NCBI GenBank assembly: GCA_001643675.2
Contig: LSRY02000005.1
Coordinates: 248,001 to 312,000 of the forward strand
Direction of reading: 5' to 3'
DNA from: Monocercomonoides exilis PA203
Lineage: Eukaryota; Protista; Preaxostyla
DNA: 64,000 nucleotides
Below, one piece after another: positions 1 through 11,000 of this stretch. Below the pieces are notes generated by a model. It had not been told where the DNA came from, did not search any database, and worked only from the letters and a program-made list of their open reading frames with translations. The translations under genes and the position numbers were made by a program. The stretch's first letter is position 1, and each line of letters opens with the position of its first letter.

Positions 1-31
1 AATGTGCAATGCGATTTTTTTTTTTTTTTGA

Positions 32-1354
32 TTGTGTGAAGTGTCAGTTTCAGAGTTGTGCCTTTTCTCTTCGAAAAAGCAAAAGCAGAAAATAGAAAAG
101 CTGGATGGAATAATCTGGGAAATGGATAGAAAAGATTTTTGCTCGATTTCCATGTTTTCGATTTTTGGCCAGCTTGGGATGATGATAACAGAAAAGAAAA
201 TGAAGGTGGAGAATGTTATTTTGTTACTGAAGCAAATAGGATATTGCAAAGTGCTGAAATTTAGAGAGTCCTTGCGTTTTGAAAAAACTTCGCTGTGTGA
301 AGTATTTGAGAAGATGATTGTCGATGAAGACAAGAAAGATGAAAAAAAGAATGAAAAGATGCTGATTGACCTCTGCGAATGCTATCTGCTTTTGCGAGAA
401 AGTAATTATGATGTGCCTGATGAATTGGTTTCAATTTGTATTCGTTGCCTGCTGAAAGCTGCATTGTGCAAGGAGGAAAGCGAGGAAGTTCGAAAAGAAG
501 TGGAAATGGCATTGCTGGCACTGAGTAACATTGGATATGGGGTGTGTGAATTTCTATTTCCTTTGCATAGTTATTCAAGTGTGCTTAATATTTATTGATA
601 TTTTTTCCAATTTGAACAGGATACGAGCAAAGAACCGTATTTGAGCGAGATCAAAGAAATCATCCTGTATCATCAAGAGCATAGAAACCTGACGCGTCTT
701 GCCTATCAATCAGCTTGGAGTTTTTTGTTCAACAGATTGTTCATGCAGAATGAAATTGAAGATGTTGTTGGGAATGAGCTGCATTATGTGAGAGAAGTGA
801 GTGGAGAATTGGATGAGATCAGGAAATGGGTGGAGCAGAAGAATGAAGAAAAAGAGGAAGAAATGAAAAGAAAAGATGAGAAAATGAGACGAATTGCAGA
901 AGTGTGGCTTCGCTCAATTTGCTCCTTCTTTAGCCGTTGCAAAGTTGCAGATGAAGTGGCCATCGGAATGGTTGCTGATGTGACGAGACTATGCCGAACG
1001 TCAAGAGAGAATGAAAGAATGATATTTTCAGCCTGTTTAAATATTTTCAAAACAATGTTGATTCTGAAATGTGTGAAAATTGAGGCGTTGTTAAAAGGAG
1101 GTGCAAGCAAGCTGGCTGTGGAGGTGCTGCAACAGTCAACATTGACGAACCTGAATACGAATATCTGCTTCAAGTTCTGTTTGGTTGTTTCTGAAAGGTT
1201 GGAGAAAAAGATGAATAATGAAATGGAAGCAAAAGAAATGAAGAGGGTGAAAATGGAGTTTGATGAGGAAATGGAAGAAGAAGGATATGAAGATACCATT
1301 TTGAGTCTGAATGGATCGTTTTATTTTTTTAGAGATGGAAAGATTGTTTATTGA
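32..1354 (+). CDS. Lineage-specific helical (E/K-rich) multigene-family protein; two exons visible, 5' end probably outside the window or behind another intron
   Basis: ORFs 32-598 and 641-1354 are in the same frame. A GT..AG intron at 542-619 joins ...ALSNIGYG|DTSKEPYLSEIKEIILYHQEHRNLTRLAYQSAW. A decayed paralog lies at ~15100-16480. Confidence 0.75.
542..619 (+). other. Spliceosomal intron, 78 nt, phase 0
   Basis: GTGTGT donor, T-rich tract and AACAG acceptor. Splicing removes the in-frame stop at 596-598 and keeps the frame. Confidence 0.8.
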
Positions 1355-1483
1355 CCAGTTATCTAAGAGTAGTTTATCTGTATGTTTAATGAAATGATGT
1401 TCCTCATATTTTGTAACTCACAAGTTTTATTCTTTTGTTTTGAATTTTTTTTTTCCAAAATTCAGAAAGTATTTATTCAATTC

Positions 1484-1514
<31 letters not shown>

Positions 1515-3166
1515 GATTTCCAAAATAATTATTAATTTATAAACACCAAAAAAGAACTCAATTTCGAAAAAAAAAAAAAAAAGATGATTGAAGCATTGCA
1601 CTTATTTCAATATTGAATAATTCGAAAAAAAGCAATTAACAAAGCTTGAAAATTCTTGATTCAAATTTTCTGACAATTCCAAAATTGATTTTTTCAAACA
1701 TGTGTTATTCTTTTTGAAAAGTTCAGAAGATATAACTGTCATTTTATAAAAAAAGTTCATTTATCCATTAAATTTCACCAAAATGCAATCCATGCGGTTT
1801 TTATCTTGTTTATGAGAAACAGTTTTCATTGAATATAAATCAAAAGACAAAATTAAAAAAAAATGAGCGACAAATAACTCACTATTTTTCACACAATATT
1901 ATGACATTTGTGAATTTTCTTAATCATGAACCAATATTCACATCAATATAAAATTGATACCAAAGAAAAAATTAATAACGAAAATTGATAAATGAAGAGA
2001 AACAATAATACAAATCAAAAAGATTTGGTTGAAACTGAAACAATAGAAGAAACAAAAATTAAAGAAAGAAAGAAAGATAGATAGAAAAAATTCTTTCAGA
2101 AGAAATATCTGTTGAAAAAATTGAAGAGGAAAGAAAAAGAAGATATCCTTTTTGCAGTGATGATGTTCCAGTTCTCGATGATTTTTATCTGAAATCCAAT
2201 GACAACAATAGCTCATCTGCTTTTTCTTTTGATTCAGATCAATTTGAAGCTGGAAAACTTTTGTCTTTTAATAGAACTGATGGATAGTTAAATTTCTTGA
2301 AAGAAAAAAAAACGAACTTTATTGAAAGCTTTCTTTTATTCATAACTTTTTTTTCTGTTTGGACAAATCAGTTGAATGATCAAAGTTTTATTTGTTTATT
2401 GTTTGGGGAAAAACATTGAAAAGCAGATTTTTAAAGATTAATACGAACAAAAAATCAAATTCAAAAAAAAAAGGACACTTGAAACCCTTATCTTCAAAGA
2501 TAAGCACAAATACGATTTGAGTGGTTTTGTTGCCTCAATTCTGAAATTTGAGCAAAATGTAATTGGTGGAAAAAATTCATTCAGAAAACGAACAAATGTG
2601 GAATCAGTGATATTTAGTATGTTGCGAGTTTGAATGGTTGTTGATGATGAAAAATATTCAAATGGACAAGAATTTGATTGTCAGGAAATACAAAAATATT
2701 CCAATCAAGCTAATTTTCCCATTAAATAAGTTGAATATAATATATGATCTAATAATTCAAGTGACAATAACTTTTTGAAAAAGATCATTCACAAATAAGT
2801 TGGAAAAACCACACTTTTCAAATATAAAAATCACAAGAACCATAAATGATAAGGGTAATTGTTTTTGAAATAAAACATTTTTGTTGGTCTATGTCATGAT
2901 GCTAAGTTGTTTGATAAAGATAAGAAAAACATTGTTTTTGTGAAAAAAGTCCAAAGATCGTGTTTGAAGAAGAAATTACTGAGATGAAAGATAGATCGAT
3001 AGATAAGTGAAAAATGTTTGAAACAGAAACATTGAATTTATCCTAAATATAAATTTTTAAAATACTTGGAGCAGTATTTTTGAAAGAATAATAATGACAG
3101 CAAAAAGAATCACCCATTTATATCAATAAAAGTCGAATAAAATCGTTTTTCAAAAAATGAATAATT

Positions 3167-3836
3167 GGGGTACAGATATCGCATAAAATACCGGACATCG
3201 CACAAAATACCGGACAAGATCGATTTCACAAAAACTGCAAGAGGAATAATTCTGACAATTTTCCTCAAAATATATCTCATTAGTACAAACTCAATTGAAA
3301 AACAAGACTTTCAATATAGCTTCATTTGTGCTCAGAAAGAATTATTATTGAAATCTCGGAGAAGTGGGATTTTGAGTTTCTCCGAGATTTAAAAAAATAA
3401 TTTTCTCTGTACACAAATGAAGCTGCTTTGAAAGATTTGTATATCAAATGAGTTTGTATTAATGAGATATATATTGAGGATAAAAATCAGAATTATTCCT
3501 CTTGCTGTTATTGAGAAATCGATCTTGTCCGGTATTTTGTGCGATGTCCGGTATTTTATGCGATATCTGTAATATATTACACTTCAGGCATTTTCATTGA
3601 AAAATTATGCACAGTGGACGAACTTTTTGTGATCCAAAAAACAACATTTAAAATGGATTATTTTTTTGAAATACTTGTGAGATCACAAAAAATTTTTGAA
3701 ATTATATAAATGATGTTTTCTTTCGGAAATGAAAATACAATTTATTTTGAAATCTGATAAAGTTATTGAAAGTTATGAGTGGAACAAATATTTTTTGCAT
3801 TGTGCGAAAAATGCTTGATGGTTCGTATTTTCCCCC
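3167..3836. mobile_element. ~270 bp GGG-ended MITE (copy A), 4-bp TSD AATT, carrying a nested foldback insertion
   Basis: AATT|GGGG...TTTTCCCCC|AATT. The body matches uninterrupted copies at 39586-39856 and 51368-51637. Confidence 0.8.
3173..3569. mobile_element. Palindromic (foldback) MITE with TA TSD, Tc1/mariner-like
   Basis: TA|CAGATATCGCATAAAATACCGGACA...TGTCCGGTATTTTATGCGATATCTG|TA. The element is self-complementary over nearly its whole length and is absent from the paralogous site at ~51625-51637. Confidence 0.85.
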
Positions 3837-5032
3837 AATTGGTCAAAAAAACAAATGTTTTTTGTAATTTTTCTTTTCTTTTTTTCTCAATACTTGAAAT
3901 TCAACAATTAAAAATTTGAGAATAGCAATATTAAACTTTTGAAAACGAACACATTCCAAATGAAAAACATTAAAAATTCATAATTTAAATATTGTTTGAA
4001 ATTTTCACAACAGTCCAGATAAATCAAATTCACTTGTTTTTCGTTTTATTTTTGGATCAGTCAAGAGGGAAAAAAAAAGTTTGAAATTCAAAATGATGAA
4101 GATTTTTCTTTGCCAATTTCCAAACTCAAACAGATTTTCGATTGGAACTCGAGCATTGATCAGGATTTCAAAAGAAAAAGAAAAAGTTTTATTTGAGCAT
4201 TGCGCGTGCTAATATTTGAATGAGCGTTCAAAATAAAATAATTTATTTCCAAAAATTTGAAATAGTTATTGCTTCAAAACAAAAATGACAACTTAAAAAT
4301 TACAATCAATCTGCAACAATCGCTTCAACACGAGCATTTTGAAAACTCAAATTGAAGCAATTCTGGGAAATACAACTTGTGAACAATTAATTATGCAAAT
4401 TGAAATTAGTGACGATAGTTTTCGTATGAATTCACAAATAATAACTGAATATTTTACAAAAATGGTGGATAATTTCAAAAAAATAAAAATGGTTAAAAAT
4501 GTTCTGAAAAAAAGAGAGAATATTTCAATTATTAACAGAAACGAATCTGATTCACGCAATTTTCAAAAAACAGAAAATTATTCGAAAACATATCACAAAA
4601 ATTAAAATCACATGAATACACAGTTTTGGAGTTACAAAGAAGAAAAAAAAGTTAGAAAATGAAAAATATCTTATTTAACTATTCTTTGATTCCGTTTTCT
4701 CTCATTGTTACTGATTTTTAGCTTGAACATCAGATCGTCAGGCCATGAAGCCATATCAGCAAAGAAAAACATATCATGCAATTATTCGAAGCCTCTTCTT
4801 CAAAACATCAAAAACCCTGACTTCGTCCAACTTTCTCTCCAAAAATATCAATTCTCCTTCTCAACTTTCACTGTTCTTTCTCTTCTTATTTCTTTTTTCT
4901 TTTTTGTGAAATCTTTTTGTCTTCAGAATCTTCCTCATTTTCAAATGCTTGCTTGACTTTCTACCTTATTCTGAATCTTTCAATCCCACAAAAGCAATGT
5001 TTTTATCCTTTCATATTTTCTCTCCCGTTCTC

Positions 5033-8000
5033 TTATATTTTGACGCTCGCATCCGGTCTTTGCTCCTCGTCTTTCTTTTTTGAGGAAACATCATCTGCAA
5101 GTGAAATAAGTTCGCTTCCATCTTCTGTTGAACCATGCCCATCATTCTCGCTTGAGCTTTCCTCTATCCTGATTGCATCAGTCATCGTAACCATCGTAGC
5201 GCCTGCTGGAAACTTCTCGAAAAACTCACGCTTCAGATGAGCCAGCATTGGTCTGCTTTCTTCATCTTTCAGCATGCATTTCTTCACAATCTCCTTCAAA
5301 GAACTTTCCGTGATCACGGTCATGTCTGGCCTCTCCCCATTCACAATCTTCTGCCCTGCCACCTCTGCTGGATACTCTCCAAACGGGATCTGCAGTGTCA
5401 AGCACTCCCACAGCATCATCCCAATCGAAAAGGCAACTGACTTCTTTGTCGCTCCCATTTTCTTGTTCATCAGCAGTTCTGGTGCCTTCCACCTCAAACA
5501 CTCTTTTTTGAAGCTATCCTCATCCTCAAATGCCGATGAGGGAAGTGAGTCATCATCATCATCATCAGTTGCAGATGTCACAACTGTTGACGAAGAGATG
5601 GAGGATGAATCTGAATCATCATCTGATAATAAATCTGAGTGCATCACAATGCAGATTACCATGTGTTCTGAAAAGAGAACAATGTGCGGGCTCAGATTGG
5701 CAAGCGACTGAAGAGGATTTTCCATTTCATCAAATGAATGCAGTGCGAGATTGGCCACCCAGAACATAATTTGGGCAGCTGTTTGCTCCCTCTCCTTTAA
5801 CGAGCCAATCGCCATCTCCTTTTTCTCGTTCCTTCCGTGCAACAGCATGAACAGCGAATCCCTCAAGTCCACAATCAATTTTTCATGAGGCGATGAACAG
5901 GCCATCGCATCCACCAGATTCGACATCGATGAGGTGGTTGGACACAGATCCTCCCCTCGAACAAAAGTTGAATCTGAGTCTGTTGTTGAGGTGGATGAAA
6001 TGGAAGGCGATGGCGTTCGTTTTCTCGTTTCGTCCTCGATCTCTTTCTCATCGATTTTCTCCAACATCCATTCTGGAATTTTGTCTGAGTCCTTCCCCAG
6101 AATATATTCTGTTGATCCACTCTCACTCAATAAATGCTCTGATGACTCAGAATGTCCCAAGCTTTTCTCATATACTCTCTTCTTAATCCTCTCTTCGTTT
6201 TTCTTCTCTGCCTCCCTCTCTGCTCTCCTCCACTGAGCCTCTGGTGACATCTCCATCGTCACCATCTCGATTAGCTTTGGATCCTTTTTCACTGTGTCAT
6301 TCACAATCACTTCCAATTCTTCTGCTTCATTCTTGACCTTCTTCCATCGAACAATAAATACTATCGATACTATTAACAATATCACCACAATCACAATGCA
6401 AACAATCAAAACCCATGAGATTTTTCCTTCTTTGTTTCCTTCAGCAATTTTTACATCTTTTTTTGGTTCAGTTTCACTTTTGTTCTTCAAAATGAAAGAA
6501 TCTGTTGATGAAAGAGATTCAGTATTTCCAAACAGAATGCACACACTCACTTCTATTTCATCTCCACAACTGCTAAGGAGATCTTTTGCCACGCTCCCTT
6601 CAACTTCTCTTTCTGATAAAAATCCATTTGAATCAAAATCATGCTTTTCAATCTCTTTCTCTTCACCTTTCCTCTTCACAATCGAGAACGACAGATTACA
6701 AGGAACAAGAAGCATCCCTTTGAATGTCAGCTTCATTCTATCTGTCTCTTCTTTTGCTTCCACACTCTCCAACACAGGAATAAAGAATGGAGATGCTCTT
6801 TCAGAAACAATCCCTTCAAAACTGCACCCTTTATTCAACATCCAAATTGGTGTGTTTGCCAAAACTCCATCACCACCTTTCAAACTCATCACATTCAATG
6901 TTCCAGAATCTGAACAGATGATGTTTCTTCTCAACGATGGATATCCTTCAATCGATGGATTATTGCGGGAGAAATTCCCTGCTTCAACATTCACATTTCC
7001 TCCACTCATTGTTATTCCACCTCCTGGTGAATTTGATATTGTTGCATCTTTCATCATCACAGAACTCTTCACAACATCCACAAGAGAACCTTCCCATCTG
7101 CACATCTCTTCTTCCTCATTGATATTCTGTTCATTTCTTTCATTTGAACTTCCATCAAAAATGCAACTGTCCATTTTCACATCCAAACTATTCTCCAATT
7201 TCATCAATTTCCCTTTTGTGGTCTTTGAATTGACTCCACCTATCGTGCAATTCGTTAATTGCATTGTCTTTTTCATTGACAAGCAAGATATCAATGATTC
7301 TTCATTTCCCTCAACTGTGATATTTTCTGAATGAAACTTTTCCATGTTTAATTGTCCACTTTCAATAATTTCAACAAGCGAATGAGAAACTGTTGAATTG
7401 CTGATCTCAAACAAATAAATCACTGATGGAAGTGATGATGATAGATATATTGAAGATTTTTGAAGAATGAGATTTGATATTGTGCATCCATCAAGTTGTA
7501 GTTCTCCTTTTGCCATATTTATAATGTGGAATGGAATGTTTGCAAATTCAACATTACCTTCTTCATTAGATTGTTTTGAGGTAAATGAGCAATTCATGAT
7601 TTCAAGAATTCCTTCTTCTGGCGATATCAATGATCCATGTTGAGAAATGAAATTCGAATAGAACACAAAATTCATTCTCGACAACGAAACTATTCCTGTT
7701 GTTGTGATCAAAGCATCCTTTGTTTTTTCAATCCCTGATTTCACTTCAACCTCGCATAAGCCTCTGCTCTTCGAACTCAGACTCATCTCCTCCAGATTTA
7801 TCTCTTCACAAATTACACTCTCCTCAACAATGAACATCTGACTAATGAAATCTGAAGTCAGATGCATCAGTCCATAATCAATTGAATGACATGGAAGTGT
7901 GTTTGTTCCACATTGCCTCTCATCCGATCCATTCACGCTGCTCACAATGATTGTGTCACTCTGATAGATCGTCACAAAATCAATCAGATCTGTATCTTCT

Positions 8001-11000
8001 TTGTGTTCACAACTATCAATTCCATATATCGCATTAATTCGCGAAAAATGATTCTCTCGAAGATCAAACCGAAATTGAGTTTCATTGATCTGAAACGTGA
8101 TGTTGAAGCATTCAATGAAAATATCATTCCCCACACTTGCTGTGTTCGCACTGAACTTCATCCCCACAAATGAAAAATTCAATTCTCCTCTTTCCTTTGT
8201 TGCCAAATACACCCCTCCTCCTTTTCCTGTGCTGATACTGCAGCTGCAATGACTGATTGTTGAGTCAATCATCTTCATTGAACCAGATGCACCCAACGTG
8301 AAGAATATTGCTCCTCCTTTTCCACTTGTTTCTGCCTTGCCTTCTGTGATGTTGCTCTCATTCATAACCAAACAAATCTTTTTCTCACTCTTTGAATCCA
8401 AAATGCTTGCTCCATCGTCACTTCTCTTCACTCCTGAAATTGAGGAATTATCAATGTTGAGATTTATTCCTTCACATCCTTCATTAATCGTTTCCGTCAT
8501 TTCAGTTCCTTTGATTAGAAGAAGACATCCTCCACTTTCATTCAACGATTTCACACGAACATTCATCAAATGGCAAGAAACTCCAGAATTGCGAATGATA
8601 AAAATGCTGTTTCTAACATTGTGTAATTCTATGGACAAATCATTCACTTCAACACTTCCTCCAATCACATCCACAAATACACAATCAAATCCATTGTTCA
8701 TTCCTGCCTCTGAATGGAATAAACATTCACTTATCACCAAATCTCCTCCTTTGTTTGAAATAACTGTTTTGGCTGAATTGTCAAATCCAGATGTTAGTTG
8801 AAGTTGGATATTTGTCAATTCAAGATGATTATAATTTTCCATGAAATATTCCAGTTGATTTCCAATTGCTTTTTCAAAATTCAATTTGGCTTTTTCATTC
8901 TCTTCTCCCATCTTCACACTTTTTTTGATCTGATAATTGGACACATTGAATGAATCTCGAATGATTGTTGATCCTTTAATCTGAATTGTTTTCTTTCCAT
9001 TTTCCTTTTCCATGTTTTCCATCCCTTTCCACATTGTGAAGCACGGTTCTTCCTCACTTCCACATCTTGCAACATCATATCCTTCAGATGAGATAAATAT
9101 CTCAGTTGAGCTGAATGGAATCAGAAACATGAACAAATCTTTGTCTGAATGAATGCTATCACTCCCAACAAACAAATTTCCATCATTTATCATTGAGGAA
9201 TAATCGAACTTGTATGAATCATTTGTCACGGTCTTGTTCAGATCAGATGCAAAAATGAACGCATTCTTTCCAATGGCTGCATTGTTATTCTTTAAAGTTA
9301 CGTCAGCTTCAAAAAGAAATGGCTTCTCATTCAAACAATTTTGGCAATCCAAATACAAAAACCCTCCTTTTCCATTGCCTGATGAAAGTGAACACGATGA
9401 TGCATTTGTTGATTTCATCACCAATTCTTCATTCTCTTGCAGTGTTACTTTAGCAACGCCTCCTTCTTCACCGCTTCCAGTGTTCATAATGTTTGAAAAG
9501 TTGCTGTTTTCAAACAAAACAGAAGAAGATATCATCAATGGAGATCCACCAAATGAGGTGTTATCTAGACTGCATCCTTCCATCGTGCAATTCAACAGTT
9601 TCACTTTGTATTCTCCTTCGCTCTCTCCTTTATTCATATTTCCTGATGAAGGAGAAAATGAAAACAGCGCGACAGATGATTTCACATCTGAAATCGCGAC
9701 AGAGTCCAGCTCAACCATCTTTCCTGTTGATTTGATCAACGAAAATCCAATTGCGTTTTGTTTCCCTCCAATCACACTCATCTCACAGTTCTTCATGTGC
9801 AACTCCCCATTTTGAGTGCTTGATTCAATCACCGAATCAATTTCTCCTTTAAAACTTGATGGAACAATAATCCCGATGAACTGAATTTCTGTCACCGATG
9901 CTGATTTCAGAATACAATCTTCTTCAGATCCATTCACTTCTGTTTGGCATTCGATCTCCACAATTGTCTCTGATTTGGCCTTCATATTCATTCCACCCAC
10001 ATCCACGCATCCCCTTAAAGACGATTTTGCAGATAAAATAATCTCCTGTTTAATATTCAGCGTTCTCTTCAAACGCTCCATCCCATAATTCACATTCAAA
10101 CATGGTGCCTTTTCCAGCCCACAATACACCTTTTCCACTCCAGATGCTCCATCAACATATATCGTATCAGCAAAGAAACCGTCGAAAAATATAAATAAAT
10201 CCACATCCCAGTTGTCGAATGCTTCTGTTCTATCATGCCCAACAACCGAGTTGTCTTTTTCAGTGATGCTTTTCATGAAGGTGAACATGGGCTCTTTCAC
10301 ACAAGCAACAAGGGATTCACACACAAAATACATATCTCTTCCGACACTGGCCTTATTTGCTGAAAACACGATATTGGTGATGGAAAAGGAGGATTCCGAC
10401 ACTTCTGAATCATCCTTGAACTCGATCATGATAGCACCGCCTTTTCCTCCAGAACTTGTATCCTCGCTCACACAACAGCTGGAGAAGGCGGTGTCACTCA
10501 CTGAAAATTTGTTGGCAGGTACTGATGAGGCGAATGAGATGCACCCGCCATTGGTGGCTGTCTGTTGGTTTTGTGGAGCTGAGTCTATGTTGGTGATGGT
10601 GCAGTTGGTGAGGGAGAGGGAGAGGGCAGGGGAGGTGGCAGAGGAGAGGACACAGCTGGTGGGGGTGGCTGTGGAGGTGATGTCGGTGATGTTGGAGGAG
10701 TTGAGAGCGAGGGGTGCTGTGAGGGAGGCGAGGTGGAAGATGCTTTGGCTATTGAGGGTGAGGCTGGTGATTGCTGTGTGGTTGAGGGAGAGGGAGCCAG
10801 CAGTGATGAAGAAGAGGGGGGTTGTGATTGTTATGGAGGTTGTTCCGGTGATGGTGGTTGTGTTGAGGTTGAGGGAAGGGGAGTTACCGGAGAGGTGGAA
10901 GAGGATGGGAGTGATGAGATTTGAGGAGTTGTGGGCGATGGCGAGGGCAGAGATTGTGAGGGAGCCCTGTGTTTGTGCGAAGAGGGCAGAAGTGGCAGAT

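Noticed and set aside
3180-3226. CRISPR-like repeat
   Set aside because: Only two adjacent units with no spacers, part of a MITE TIR in eukaryotic DNA.
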